In this document: piece by piece, positions 36,874-51,186 of the stretch | Position numbering within the stretch: the stretch's first letter is position 1 | Layout of the letters: every line of letters begins with the position of its first letter | Source: Mobula hypostoma | Taxonomy: Eukaryota | Length of the DNA: 64,000 nt | NCBI RefSeq assembly: GCF_963921235.1 | Contig: NC_086108.1 | Location: 10,354,001 to 10,418,000, forward strand | Direction: 5' to 3' | The notes under the pieces: generated by a model | Databases searched by the model: none | Seen by the model: the letters and a program-made list of their open reading frames with translations, nothing else | Told to the model about the DNA's origin: nothing | Program-made: the position numbers and the translations under genes

Positions 36874-37712
36874 TGTTACGTACCCCGTAACTGGGTTGCC
36901 AAACCAGCAGAAATGGACCACTTAGTTGGAGTCTGGATTACTGGAACTAAGAAAGTTTTATTAAAGAAATAAGTAACATCGTACTCTAAACATAAGGATA
37001 TAAATGCAACAGGTTAGCAATGAATAAACACACATGTACACAGAACTATGATAATAGGATCAATCAAGCTCTATCGCAGTCTAGGGGTAAAATGATCAGT
37101 CACAAGTAACACAGAGTTCAGTTCAGTTTCAGTTCGCAGTAATCGCCGTCGTGCCGTTGGGGAGAGAGAGAGAGAGAGAGAGAGAGCTAATGAATATGCA
37201 AATCGGATTCAAACAGACCTTCGATATTCCTCGCAGTTAGCTTTCGGGCGAGCCCTTTGTAATGTCTTCTGAGGTCACCGACTGTGACCCCTCCGTCCCA
37301 GATACGATCGTTCTTCTGCGGTGAACCCGGCACCCAGGCAAGGGCGGACACACACACCGGGTTCCCGCCCGACCGTATCTTTCCACCCTGTGCGTCTATG
37401 GCTGATCCCGCGACCAGACCTCCAAAACTCCCACCAACTTGTGGGGGCACACCGCTTCCAGGGTCTTGTTACCTTGTGGTGGGTGTCGTGTGTCTTGCCT
37501 TAGCGAACCTGTCCCCTTTTATCCCCCTGCTGGGGTATCGCCTGTCCATCAAATTTCAAACAGTTCAGGGTTCAAAGCAACCGGTCTCTGACAATACTCG
37601 GAACTGTGTCTCCTTTTCGTTAATCCCTCTCGTCTCTCATTAACATTTCTGAATGTTCCCCCATTGTCCTCTTATCGGCATCAACCTTCTGATAATTTGG
37701 TCTGTCATCACA
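36874..37712 (-). mobile_element. Solo LTR (839 bp) containing (GA)n
   Basis: TG...CA ends; 4-bp TSD CAGT (36870-36873, 37713-37716); the empty site is visible in the paralogous repeat near 11840-11860; AATAAA on the minus strand. Confidence 0.88.
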
Positions 37713-37889
37713 CAGTCAAACTAGGTAACCCAGACCTGGTTATTAACGAGATTACTTCTGCACACCTACCATTGTACACAATACACAGTTTACATGAGAA
37801 TAATTTCAGGTTTAGCAGGCCAATAGCAGAAACACCTTGCGTCTATATTCAATTGCTTGGATTGGGTTATCCCAGCACAAGAATCAGTT

Positions 37890-38198
37890 CACCTGCCTTT
37901 CCCCTATCCTTCCCTTTCTCCTATGGTCTACTCTCCTTTCTAGTCAGATTCTTTCCTCTCTAGCCTTGAACCTTGCTACTTGCCTGTCTTCACCTATCAC
38001 GTTTGAACTATTCTCCTTCCCCTCCCCCTACCTTTTTATCCTGGCATCCTCCCCCTTCCTTTCCAGTCCTGAAGAATGGTCTCGGCCTGAAACGGTGACT
38101 GTTTACTCTTCCATAGATGCTGCCGGGCCGGCTGAGTTCCTCCAGCATTTTGTGTGAGTGGATTTGGATTTCCAGCATCTGCTAAATCTCCTGTGTTT
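37890..38198 (+). mobile_element. Penelope 3'-UTR fragment with degenerate hammerhead (38064-38101)
   Basis: CAGTC-CTGAAGA-ATGGTCTCGGCCT-GAAA-CGGT-GACTG followed by the shared GATGCTGCC...CCAGCATCTGC tail. Confidence 0.75.
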
Positions 38199-38716
38199 AT
38201 GAAAAGAGAGACTGCCTGGGATGGGTGGGATCTTTGATGGTGCTGTCTGCTTTACCAAGGCAGTGAGAAGTATAGGCAAGTCTATGGGGTTTAGCCAGTT
38301 TCCCATGATGTGGTGAGCTGTGCAGACGACTCTCTGCAGATTTTTGTGGTTATGGGCAGACCAGCTGTCCTACCAAATGATGATGTATCCAGATCGGATG
38401 CTTTCTGTGGTGCATTGATAAAAGTTGGTACAGATTCAAGAAGACGTTCAAAATTTCTTTAGCCTCCTGAGTGGAAAGTTGTTGTGCAAGTTGATAGGGT
38501 TATTATCATTTGTTGGCCTTGATTAGCCAGGGGGATTGGGCTCAAGAGCAGTGAGCTAATGATGCAGCTCTATAAAACTCTGGTTACACCACACTTGGAG
38601 TATTGTGCTCAGTTCTGGTCACCACATTACAGGAAGGATGTGCAAACTTTAGAGAGGGGGCAGAGGAGATCTGCCAGGACGCTGCCTGGATTAGAGAGCA
38701 TGTCCTATGAGGATAG

Positions 38717-39925
38717 AGTCATAGTTTCATAGAATCATTGAACACTGCAGCATAGAAACAGGCACTTTAGCCCATCTAAGCCATGCAAAACCATAAATCT
38801 GCCTAGTTCCATCGACCTGCACCCTGACCATAGCCCTCCATACCTCTCCCAGCCATTTACATATCCAAATTTCTCTTAAATATTGAAATTGAACTTGTAT
38901 CTACCACTACCGCTGGCAGCTCATTCCACACTCTCACCACCTTTTGAGTGAAGTAGTTTCTCCTCATATTCCCCTTAAATATTTAACCTTTCTCTTTTAA
39001 TTCATGACCTCCTGTTATAGTCTCTCCAAACTTCAGTGGAAAAGGCCTGCTTGCATTTACCCGATCTATACCCCTCATAACTTTGTAAACCTCTATCAAA
39101 TCTCCTCTCAATCTTCTATGTTCCAAGGAATAAAGTCCTAGCCGGTTCAACCTTCCCCTGTAACTTAGGCCGTCATATGCTGGCAAGTTCCTTGTAAACT
39201 TTTGCTGCACTCTTTCAATCTTATTTATATCTTTCCTGTAGGTAGATGACCAAAACTGCACACAGTACTCCAAATTATGCCTCACTAATGTCCTATACAA
39301 TTTCAACTGCTGTACTCAATGCATTGATTTATGAAGGCCACGGGCCAAAATCTCTTTTTATGACCCTATCGACCTACGACGCCACTTTCAAGGAATTAGG
39401 TATCAGTATTCCCAACTGCCTTTGCTCTCCTGTAGTCATTAGTACCCTAACATTCACTGGGTAAGACCAGCGTGAGCCATGATAGCCTCCCATGCTGTCC
39501 ACTACACCCCTAAGCTGGTGTCATCTGCATATTTGCTGATCCAGTTAAAGTTCACTTAACCACATTATTACCCAGATTGTTGATACAGAGGACAAGCAAC
39601 AATGGACCCAGAGCCGATCCCTGTGGCACCCCACTAATTGCAGGCCTCCAGTTAGAGAGGCAACCATTTACTGTCAATCTCTGGCTTCTCCCACAAAGCC
39701 AATGGCTAAATGAATTTATACCTCGTATTGAAGCCAAGAGACTGAATCATCTTGACAATCCTCTCATGCAGGACCTTGTCAAAGGTCTTAAGAAAATCCA
39801 TGTAGGCAACATCAACTCTTGTCTTTATCAAATTTCCTGGTAACTTCCTCAAAAAAAACTCTATAAGGTTGGTTAGACATGACTTACCACACACAAAGCC
39901 ATGTTGGCTATCCCTAATCAGTCGT
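38717..39925 (-). mobile_element. CR1 RT and 3' fragment
   Basis: [31 protein letters not shown]. Confidence 0.9.
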
Positions 39926-42626
39926 TGTTTAAAAGTAGAGCTTTGTGGGTATTCAGGCTCATTCCGGTGGCCAGATCAGTGGCAGGAGCAGTGCACAGTG
40001 AGGAGGTTTCTCGCAGGTCGGCAACGCTTGTTTGAAAGTACAGAAGGAATAAGTGGAGTGGGCATTGTAGGGGTGCCCATTGTTGGGAGTAGGCCAGTGG
40101 TGAGAGTAGGAGTGTCAGGCTTTGGCTCGGAAGAGGTGTTGACGCTGAGTAAGTTTCTGTTAAAGTTCCTTTTTTCCTCCCTCTTGCTGGTTTGCTAGTG
40201 TACCCAGTTTAGTAAATGGCAGTTGTGTGTTCTTTATGTTGAATGTTGGAGTCCTGGGCAACCCAGAGTCTCCAGGGAATTACACCTGCATGACATGCAT
40301 CCAGCTGCAGCTCACTGAGGACTGCATTAGGAATCTGGAGCAGAAGCGATGACTGGAGAGTCAGGAGATAATCGATCAGAGCTACAGGGAAGTGGTTACC
40401 TCAAAGTTGCAGGAGGTGAGTAGCTAGCTGACTGTCAGGAGAAATGGAAATGTGAGTAGGCAGTTAGCACAGACCACTCTGTGCCCACTCCCCTCAATAG
40501 TAAGTATACTGTTTTGGATACTGTTGTGGGGAGCGACTTTCCAGGGGAATGTCACAGAGACCAAGTTACTGGCACTGAGCATGGGTCTGTGATGCAGAAG
40601 GAAAAGAGGGAGAAGAGGGGAGCAGTAGTAATAGGGGACTCAGTAATCAGGGGAACAGACAGGAGATTCTGTCGATGTGAATGGGACTCCTTAATGGTAT
40701 GTTGCTTCGCAGGTGCCAGGGTCCAGGACGTCCTGAAACACATCCATAGCATTTTGTATGGGGAGAGAGAGCAGCCAAGTGTCTTGGTACATATTGGTAC
40801 CAATGACATAGGAAGGAAAAGAAAAGAGGTCCTGAAAAGAATTTAGAAAGCTAGGCAGAAAGCTCAGAAGCTGGACCACCAGGGTAGTAATTTCTGGATT
40901 ACTGCCTGTGCCACACACCAGTGAGGGTAGAAACAGGATGATTTGGCAGATAAATGTGTGGCTGAGAAGCTGGTGCAGGGGGCAGGGCTTCGGGTTCTTG
41001 GATCATTGGGATCTCTTCTGGGGGAGGTATAACCTATACAGAAGTGATGGGTTGCACCTGAACCCAAGGGGAACCAATATTCTGACAAGTAGATTTGTTA
41101 GAGTTGTTGGAGAGGGTTTAATTTGGCAGGGCACTGGGAACCAGAGTGTCCTTATTATAGGACAGATGGTAAAAAAAAAACAAAAATAGCATGCAGTCAG
41201 ACCATTAGGAAGGGTAGGCAGACGTTAAGATAAAATTGTAGCCAGCAGGGTGAGTATAACTGCATTAGGGATGTAGAATCAAAAAGGGTAGCAAATACAG
41301 TACTCAAAGTATTATATCTCAATGCATGGAGTATAAGAAATAAGGTGGATGATCTTGTTGCACTTTTACAGATTGTCAGGTATAATTTTGTGGCTGTAAC
41401 TGATTAGTGGCTGAAGGATGGTTGCATTTGGGAGTAAAATCCAAGGTTACACGTTATATTGGAGGGATAGGAAGGTAGGCAGAGGAGGTGGTGTGGCTCT
41501 GCTGGTAAAGAAGGGCATCAAATCATTAGAAAGATGTGACATAGGATTGGAAGATGTTGAATCCTTGTGGATTGAGTTAAGAAACTGCAAAGATAAAAGG
41601 ACTGTGATAGCAGTTATATACAGACATCCAAACAGTAGCTGGGATGTGGGCTGCAGATTACAATGGGAAATAGAAAAAGCACGTCAAAAGGGTAATATTA
41701 TGATAGTCATGGGAGATTTCAACATGCAGGTTGAATGGAATGGATCTCTAGAGAGCAAGTTTGTTGAACGTCAACAAGATGGATCTTTAGCTCAGTTTGT
41801 CGTTGAGACTACGAAGGGATCAGCTGTACTGGATTGGGAGTTATGTAATGAACCGGACGTGATTAGGGAGCTTAGGGTAAAAGAACCCTTAGAAGGCAGT
41901 GAGCACAATATGATTGAGTTCAATATGAAATTTGATAAGGAGAAATTAAAGTCTGATTCAGTGGAGTAAATGAAATTACAGTGGTATGAAAGAGGAGCTG
42001 GCCAATGTAAATTTGAAGGAGATGCTAGCAGGAATGACTGCAGTGCAGCAATGACTTGAGTTTCTGGGAAAAATGAGGAGGGTATAAGATGTATGTATTC
42101 CAGAAATGAAGAAATACTCAAATGGTAACATATCACAACTGTGGCTGACGAGGGAAGTCAAGGCTATTGTAAAAGCAAAAGCGAGGGCATACAAAAATTA
42201 GCAGGAAGATAGAGGACTGGGAAGCTTGTAAAAACCTACAGACAGCAACTAAAAGAACCATCAGGAGGGAAAAGATGAAATATGAAAGTAAGCTGGCAAA
42301 CAATATGAAAGTGGAGAGTAAAAGCTTTTTCAAGTATGTAAAATACAAAAGAAGGATGAGAGTGGATATAGGACCGCTAGGAAATGAGGCTGCGTGAATG
42401 GCAAGGAGATGGCAGATGAACTAAATGAGTATTTTGCATCAGTCTTCACTGTGGAAGACACGAGCAGTGTGCCAGATGTTGAAGGGTGTAAAGGAAGAGA
42501 AGTGGGTGCAGTTACTATTAGAAGGGAGAAGGTGCTCAAAAAGCTGAAAGCTGGACCAGATGAACTGCACCCTAGAGTTCTGAAACAGGTAGTGTTAGAG
42601 ATTGTGGAGGCATTAGTAATAATCCT

Positions 42627-45600
42627 TCATAATGATCTGTTCTGCTAATCCCAGCACACAGACCGCTCGTCAGGCGCTCCAGACCAGTTCTGAAGCAGGT
42701 GAAAACCTGGCCAGCAGGAGCCATCTCTGCTCTTCAAGACTGCTTTGAGCACACTGACTGACACATGTTCAGGGAGGCTGCAACCGATGGCGACTCTACC
42801 AGTTTAGAGGAGTACACGTCATCAGTGACTACCGACATCAGCAAGTGCATCGATGACATCACTGTGGCCAAGACCAGCACTACACGCGCTAACCAGAAGC
42901 CATGGATGACCGCGGAGGTGCGTGCGCTGCTGAGGACCCGTGACTCTGCCTTCAGAGCAGGTGACAAGGCAGCCCTAACAACAGCAACGGGCCAAACTGT
43001 CCCGGGCCATCAGAGAGGCAAAGCGTGCACACGCCCAGCGAATCCACAGCCACTTCCAGGACAGCGGTGGCACGCGGTGCACGTGGAGGGGATTCAGGAC
43101 ATCACTAACTACAAGACAACACCACCTGACTGTGCGGGTGATGCCTCCCTCCCAGATGCACTGACAACTTCTACGCTCGTTTTGAGGCAGAAAATGACGT
43201 GGCGGAGAGGAAGACCACCCCTCCTCCAAACGACCAGGTGCTGTGTCTTATCATAGAAACATAGAAACATAGAAAATAGGTGCAGGAGTAGGCCATTCGG
43301 CCCTTCGAGTCTGCACCGCCATTTATTATGATCATGGCTGATCATCCAACTCAGAACCCCGCCCCAGCCTTCCCTCCATACCCCCTGACCCCTGTAGCCA
43401 CAAGGGCCATATCTAACTCCCTCTTAAACATAGCCAATGAACTGGCCTCAACAGTTTGCTGTGGCAGAGAATTCCACAGATTCACCACTCTCTGTGTGAA
43501 GAAGTTTCTCCTAATCTCGGTCCTAAAAGGCTTCCCCTCTATCCTCAAACTGTGACCCCTCGTTCTGGACCTCCTCAACATCGGGAACAATCTTCCCGCA
43601 TCCAGCCTGTCCAATCCCTTTAGGATCTTATACGTTTCAATCAGATCCCCCCTCAATCTTCTAAATTCCAACGAGTACAAGCCCAGTTCATCCAGTCTTT
43701 CTTCATATGAAAGACCTGCCATCCCAGGAATCAATCTGGTGAACCTTCTTTGTACTCCCTGTATGGCAAAGATGTTTTTCCTCAGATTAGGGGACCAAAA
43801 CTGCACACAATACTCCAGGTGTGGTCTCACCAAGGCGTTGTACAACTGCAGTAGTACCTCCCTGCTCCTGTACTCGAATCCTCTCGCTATAAATGCCAGC
43901 ATACCATTCGCCTTTTTCACCGCCTGCTGTACCTGCATGCCCACTTTCAATGACTGGTGTATAATGACACCCAGGTCTCGTTGCACCTCCCCTTTTCCTA
44001 ATCAGCCACCATTCAGATAATAATCTGTTTTCCTATTTTTGCCACCAAAGTGGATAACTTCACATTTATCCACATTAAATTGCATCTGCCATGAGTTTGC
44101 CCACTCACCCAACCTATCCAAGTCACCCTGCATCCTCTTAGCATCCTCCTCACTGCTAACACTGCCACCCAGCTTCGTGTCATCCGCAAACTTGGAGATG
44201 CTGCATTTAATTCCCTCATCCAAGTCATTAATATATATTGTAAACAACTGGGGTCCCAGCACTGAGCCTTGCGGTACCCCACTAGTTACCGCCTGCCATT
44301 CTGAAAAGGTCCCGTTTATTCCCACTCTTTGCTTCCTGTCTGCTAACCAATTCACCACCCACACCAATACCTTACCCCCAATACCGTGTGCTTTAAGTTT
44401 GCACACTAATCTCCTGTGTGGGACCTTGTCAAAAGCCTTTTGAAAATCCAAATATACCACATCCACTGGTTCACCCCTATCCACTCTACTAGTTACATCC
44501 TCAAAAAATTCTATGAGATTCGTCAGACATGATTTTCCTTTCACAAATCCATGCTGACTTTGTCCGATGATTTCACCGCTTTCCAAATGTGCTGTTATCA
44601 CATCCTTGATAACTGACTCCAGCAGTTTCCCCACCACCGACGTTAGGCTAACCGGCCTATAATTCCCCGGTTTCTCTCTCCTTCCTTTTTTAAAAAGTGG
44701 GGTTACATTAGCCGCCCTCCAATCCTCAGGAACTAGTCCAGAATCTAACGAGTTTTGAAAAATTATCACTAATGCATCCACTATTTCTTGGGCTACTTCC
44801 TTAAGCACTCTAGGATGCAGACCATCTGGCCCTGGGGATTTATCTGCCTTCAATCCCTTCAATTTACCTAACACCACTTCCCTACTAACATGTATTTCAC
44901 TCAGTTCCTCCATCTCACTGGCCCCTCTGTCCCTTACTATTTCTGGAAGATTATTTATGTCCTCCTTAGTGAAGACAGAACCAAAGTAATTATTCAATTG
45001 GTCTGCCATGTCCTTGCTCCCCATAATCAATTCACCTGTTTCTGTCTGCAGGGGACCTACATTTGTCTTTACCAGTCTTTTCCTTTTTACATATCTATAA
45101 AAGCTTTTACAGTCAGTTTTTATGTTCTCTGCCAGTTTTCTCTCATAATCTTTTTTCCCCTTCCTAATTAAGCCCTTTGTCCTCCTCTGCTGAACTCTGA
45201 ATTTCTCCCAGTCCTCAGGTGAGCCACTTTCTCTGGCTAATTTGTATGCTACTTCTTTGGAATTGATACTATCCCTAATTTCTCTTGTCAGCCACGGGTG
45301 CACTACCTTCCTTGATTTATTCTTTTGCCAAACTGGGATGAACAATTGTTGTAGTTCATCCATGCAACCTTTAAATGCTTGCCATTGCATATCCACGGTC
45401 AATCCTTTAAGTGCCATTTGCCAGTCTATCTTAGCTAATTCACGTCTTATACCTTCAAAGTTACCCCTCTTTAAGTTCAGAACCTTTGTTTCTGAATTAA
45501 CTATGTCACTCTCCATATTAATGAAGAATTCCACCATATTATGGTCACTCTTACCCAAGGGGCCTCTCACGACAAGATCGCTAATTAACCCTTCCTCATT

Positions 45601-47456
45601 GCTCAAAACCCAGTCCAGAATAGCCTGCTCTCTAGTTGGTTCCTCGACATGTTGGTTCAAAAAACCATCCCGCATACATTCCAAGAAATCCTCTTCCTCA
45701 GCACCTTTACCAATTTGGTTCACCCAGTCTACATGTAGATTGAAGTCACCCATTATAACTGCTGTTCCTTTATTGCACACATTTCTAATTTCCTGTTTAA
45801 TACCATCTCCGACCTCAATACATCATGGCCGATGTGAGGAGAACCCTGTGCAGGGTCAACCCACGGAAGGCTGCTGGACCAGACAATATTCCTGGCAGAG
45901 TGTTTAGAGGATGTACAGACCAGCTAGCAGATATTCTCACTGACATCTTCAACATCTCCCCGAGCAGTGCCATCATTCCTATGTGCTTCAAGGCTGCCAT
46001 CATCGTCCCCGTGCTGAAGAAGTCTTCAGTGCCCTGCCTCAATGACTGCTGTCCCGTTGTACTCACATCCATCATCATGAAGTGTTTCGAGAGGCTCGTC
46101 ATGACGCACATCAAGACCCTGCTGCCCCCTCACTGGACCCCCTGCAGTTTGTGTATCGTCCCAACTGTTCAACAGATGACGCCATTGCCATCACCCTCCA
46201 CTTGGCCCTAACTCACCTGGACAAAAAAAACACGTGCGTTCGAATGCTGTTCATAGACTTCAGTTCAGCATTCAACACAATCATTCCTCAGAAGTTGATT
46301 GGAAAGCTGAGCCTACTGGGCCTGAACACCTCCCTCTGCAAATAGATCCCAAACTTCCTGACTGGGAGACTTCAGTCAGTCCAGATCGGGAGCAGCATCT
46401 CCAACACCATCACACTGAGCACGGGGGCCCCCCAGGGCTGTGTGCTCAGTCCACTGTTGTTCACTCTGCTGACCCACGAATGTGCTGCAACACACAGCTC
46501 GAGCCATATCATCAAGTTCGCCGATGACATGACCGTGGTGGGTCTCATCAGCAAGAATAATGAGTCAGCATACAGAGAGGAGGTGCAGTGGCTAACGGAC
46601 TGGTGCAGAGCCAACAACCTCTCTGTGAATGTGAACAAAACAAAAGAGGTGGTTGTTGACTTCTGGAGGACACGGAGTGACCACTCTCCACTGAACATCG
46701 ACAACTCCTCCGTAGAGATTGTTAAGAGTACCAAATTTCTTGGTGTTCACCAGGCGGAGAATCTCACTTGGTCCCTCAACACCAGCTCCATAGCCAAAAA
46801 AGCCTAGCAGCATCTCTACTTTCTGTGAAGGCTGAGAAAAGTCCATCTCCCACCCCCATCCTCACCACATTCTACAGAGGTTGTATTGAGAGCATCCTGA
46901 ACAGCTGCATCACTGCCTGGTTCGGAAATTGTACCATCTCGGATCGCAAGATCCTGCAGCAGATAGTGATGTCAGCTGAGAAGATCATCAGGGTCTCTCT
47001 TCCCACCATTACAGATGTTTACACCGCACGCTGCATCCGCAAAGCAAACAGCATTATGAAGGACCCCACACACCCCTCATACAAACTCTTCTCCATCCTG
47101 CCATCTGGCAAAAGGCACCAAAGTATTCGGGCTCTCACGACCTGACTATGTAACAGTTTCTTGTCCCAAGCCATCAGACTCCTCAATACCCAGAGCCTGG
47201 ACTGACACCAACCTACTGCCTTGTACTGTGCCTATTGTCTTGTTTATTATTTATTGTAATGCCTGCACTGTTTTGTGCACTTTATGAAGTCCTGGGTAGG
47301 GCTGCAGTCTAGTGTAGTTTTTGTGCTGTTTTTACGTAGTTCAGTGTAGTTTTTGTATTGTTCATGTAGCACCATGGCCCTGAAAAACGTCTCATTTTTA
47401 CTGTATACTGTACCAGCAGTTATGGTCGAAGTGACAATAAAAAGTGACTTGACTTG
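42627..47456 (+). mobile_element. Rex1/Babar LINE ORF, interrupted at ~43251-45821 by a CR1
   Basis: [49 protein letters not shown]; (GACTT)n tail. Confidence 0.92.
43251..45815 (-). mobile_element. Young 5'-truncated CR1; ORF2 has a single premature stop (TGA at 44002-44004)
   Basis: ORFs 45780-44002 and 43986-43351 are in the same frame; MGDFN, SDH, LDFQKAFDKVPH, GVPQGSVLGP, FADD; ATAGAAAC-repeat tail. Confidence 0.95.
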
Positions 47457-50026
47457 AAAAATCATTAGATTCTGGCATGGTGATAGAGGACTAGAAAATT
47501 GCAAATGTCACTCCACTCTTTAAGAAAGGAGGAAGGCAGCAGAAAGAAAATTATAGACCAGTTAGCCTGACCTCAGTGGTTGGGAAGATGTTGGAATCAA
47601 TTATTAAGGATAAGGTAATGGAGTACTTGGTGACACAGGACAAGATAGGAGAATGTCAGCATGGTTTCCTAAGGGAAAATCTTATCTGACAAACCTGTGG
47701 AATTCCCTAAGGAGATTACAAGTAGGATAGATAAAGGAGATGCAGTGGATATTGTATATTTGGATTTTCAGAAGGCCTTCAACAAGGTGCCACACATGAG
47801 ACTGTTTGCCAAGTTGAGAGCCCATGGTATTACACGAGAGTTACTGGAATGGTTACAGCATTGGCTGATTGGTAGGAAGCAACAAGTTGGAATAAAAGGA
47901 TCCTTTTCTGGTTGGCTGCCAGTGACTAGTGATGTTCTGCAGGAGTCGGTGGGTGTTGGGATCGCTTCTTTTTATTCTGTATATAAATGATTTAGATGAA
48001 GTAATAAATCGCTTTGTGCCAAGTTTGCGGGTGATACGAAAATTGGTAGAGGGACAGGTAGTGTTGAAGAAAGAGGTAGGCTGTGGAAGGACTTAGAGAG
48101 ATTAGGAGAATAGGCAAGAAAGTGGCAAATAAAAGACAATTTTGGAAAATATATGGTCATAGGCGTTGGTAGTAGAATGAATGTGCAGACTATTTTCTAA
48201 ACAGCGAAGATCCAAGAATTTGAGATGCAAAGGGACTTGGGAGACTTTGTGCAGAACACACTAAAGGTTACCTTGCATGCTGAGTCAGGGGTGAGGAAGG
48301 CAAGTGAAATGTTAACATTCATTTCAAGAGGTCTAGAATACAAGAGGAGGGAAGTGATGCTGAGGCTTCATAAGACACTGGTGAGCTCTCACCTTGAGTA
48401 TTGTGAACAGTTTTGTGCTCTTTATCTTCATCTGGAGACGGTTCAGAGGAGGTTCACAAGGATGATTCCAGGAATGAAAGGTTTATCATCCAAAGAATGT
48501 TTGATGGTTCTGGGTTTGTACTCGCTGGAATTTGGAAGGATGAGGGGAGATGTCATTGAAACCTTGCGAGTGTTGAAAGCCATAGACAGAGTAAATGTGG
48601 AAAGGATGTTTTCCATGGTGGGAGAGTCTAGGACAAGAGGGCACAGCCTCAGGATAGAGGGGCATCCATTTAAAACAGAGATTTGGAGGAATTTCCTTAG
48701 CTAGAGGGTGGTGAATTTGTGGAATTTGTTACCACAAGCAGCTCTGGAAGCCAAGTCATTCGGTGTATTTAAGGCAGAGATTGATATGTTCTTGATTGGA
48801 CATGGCATTAAGGGTTACAGGGAGAAGGCCAAGGAGTGGGGCTGAGGAGGGAAAAAAGGATCAGCCATGATTGAATGGCAGAGCAAACTCAATGGGCCAA
48901 ATGGCCTAATTCTGCCCCTATGTCTTATGGTCTCATAGTCTTTCTATCCAAATATATATTTGGTTCCTTAGAACACCTTCCAATAACTTTCCCGCTACTG
49001 ACACTAGGCTCACTGCCCTATAAGTCCCCTGGCTTATTAATAGAGCCTTTCTTAAGCAATGGATTGTTTGAGTGAGCTGGGGCTTTTCTCTCTGAAGCAA
49101 AGGGGGTGACTTGGTAGAGGTCTACAGGATAATTAGAGGCTTAGGTTGAGAGGATAACTGGAGACTTTTTCCCAGGGTGGAAATTGTTAATACGAGGAGG
49201 CATAGTTTTAAAGTGTTTGGAGGAAGGTATAGGAGAGATGTCAGAGGTAAATTCTTTACACAGAGAGTAGTGAGTGTGTGGGATACGGTGCCAGGCTTGG
49301 TGGTGGAGGAGGCAGATCCATTAATAACATTTAAGACACTCTTAGATAGGCACATGGATGATAGAAAAATGGAGGGTTATGTGGGAGAGAGGGGTTAAAT
49401 TGATCCTAGGTTGGCACAACATCATGGGATGAAGGACCCGTACTGTGCAACTGTGTTATATGTTCTACAAATGTGAGTGGCCACAGAGGGTTCTTAAATG
49501 GTGGTCACCAGAGGGTAGGGAAGGGAAACTTTCAAATAGAAATTCATGCTAGTTTGATTCAATGAGTATGTAAAGATTTATCATGTCAACTGCTCTATGT
49601 TTAAGTGCTTTGTGCAGTTATTATGCCTAAAAATAACTCTCACTAGACTGAAACGTAGAGTGTAAATGATTTAGACAAGGCATAGCGTGGTTGGTTGCAT
49701 GTCTTGAACTCCAGTGTGGAAGTATCCAAGCACAGTTTGACTATCCGAAGCAATCACAGTTGTAAGGGTGCCTTGAAACTCCCCAGCTGTGTGTGTTGAG
49801 TGGGTCTAGAGTTGGTCAGAGATGCCAGGTGTACAGGGTGGGGTCTTAACATGTCAAGAGGATTAGAATAGAAGAGTCATTGGTTGTTCAAAGTTCATGG
49901 TAAAATTATTATTAAAGTACATATATGTTACAAAATATATCCTTCTTGCGGGCATTCATAGCAAATACCAAGAAACAACAGTAATAATAAATAAGTAATT
50001 ATTATTGAGAACTTGAGATGAAGAGT

Positions 50027-51186
50027 GTAGTTAGGAAGGAAGGTTAGTTAGGAAGGTTCAATCGTTAGGCATTAATATCGAAGTAGTAAAATGGATTCAG
50101 CAGTGGTTGGATGGGAGATGCCAGAGAGTAGTGGTGGATAACTGTTTGTCAGATTGGAGGCTGGTGACTAGTGGTGTGCCTCAGGGATCTGTACTGGGTC
50201 CAATGTTGTTTGTCATATATATTAATGATCTGGATGATGGGGTGGTAAATTTGATTAGTAAGTATGCAGATGATACTAAGATAGGTGGAGTTGTAGATAA
50301 TGAAGTAGGTTCTCAAAGCTTGCAGAGAGATTTAGGCCAGTTAGAAGAGTGGGCTGAAAGATGGCAAATGGAGTTTAATGCTGAAAAATTTGAGATGCTA
50401 CATTTTGGTAGGACTAATCAAACTAGGACATACATGGTAAATGGTAGGGCATTGAAGAATGCTGTAGAACAGAGGGATCTAGGAATAATGGTGCATAGCT
50501 CCCTGAAGGTGGAATCTCATGTGGATAGGGTGGTGAAGAAAGCTTTTGGTATGCTGGCCTTTATTAATCAGAGCATTGAGTATAGGAGTTGGGATGTGAT
50601 GTTGAAATTGTATAAGGCATTGGTAAGGCCAAATTTGGAGTATTGTGTACAGTTCTGGTCACCAAATTATAGGAAAGATGTCAATAAAATTGAGAGAGTA
50701 CAGAGGAGGTTTACTAAAATGTTGCCTGGGTTTCATCTCCTAAGTTACAGAGAAAGGTTGAACAAGTTAGGTCTTTATTCTCTGGAGCGTAGAAGGTTGA
50801 GGGGGGACTTGATAGTGGTATTTAAAATTATGAGGGGGATAGATAGAGTTGACATGGATAGGCGTTTTCAATTGAGAATGGGGGAGATTCAAACAAGAGG
50901 ACATGAGTTGAGAGTTAAAGGGCAAAAGTTTAGGGGTAACATGAGGGGGAACTTCTTTATTCAGAGAGTGGTAGCTGTGTGGAACGAGCTTCCAGCAGAA
51001 GTGGTTGAGGCAGGTTCGATGTTGTCGTTTAAAGTTAAATTGGATAAATATATGGACAGGAAAGGAATGGAGGGTTATGGGCTGAGCGCAGGTCGGTGGG
51101 ACTAGGAGAGAGTAAGAGTTCGGCACGGACTAGAAGGGCTGAGATGGCCTGTTTCCGTGCTGTAATTGTTATATGGTTATATGGTT
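50027..51186 (+). mobile_element. CR1 3' fragment with an uninterrupted 332-aa RT C-terminus
   Basis: GVPQGSVLGP, YADD; GGTTATAT-repeat tail; TSD AAGAGT (50021-50026, 51187-51192) inside a minus-strand Rex1/Babar 3' end. Confidence 0.92.

Larger units (their letters stand above)
39995..48935 (+). mobile_element. Near-full-length degraded CR1 (5' UTR, ORF1, ORF2), interrupted at ~42627-47456
   Basis: ORF1 Cys motif and SGNH esterase (VIGDS, GARV, HIGTND, DGLHLN; 40216-41120); APE (YLNA, GGGVAL, MGDFN); ORF2 IVEALVIIL resumes as KSLDSGMV...NVTPLFKKG at 47457; RT; TATGTCTTATGGTCT tail. Confidence 0.9.

Noticed and set aside
38064..38101. Active hammerhead ribozyme
   Set aside because: Cleavage triplet reads GGT rather than NUH and stem II is altered; kept only as a degenerate motif
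40481..41189. Host GDSL/SGNH lipase gene
   Set aside because: It is CR1 ORF1, frameshifted and directly upstream of APE-RT; similar copies at ~51650 and ~63400
49477..49520. Two CTCF-like motifs (TGGCCACAGAGGG, TGGTCACCAGAGGGTAG)
   Set aside because: Partial matches that cannot be distinguished from chance without PWM scoring or ChIP data
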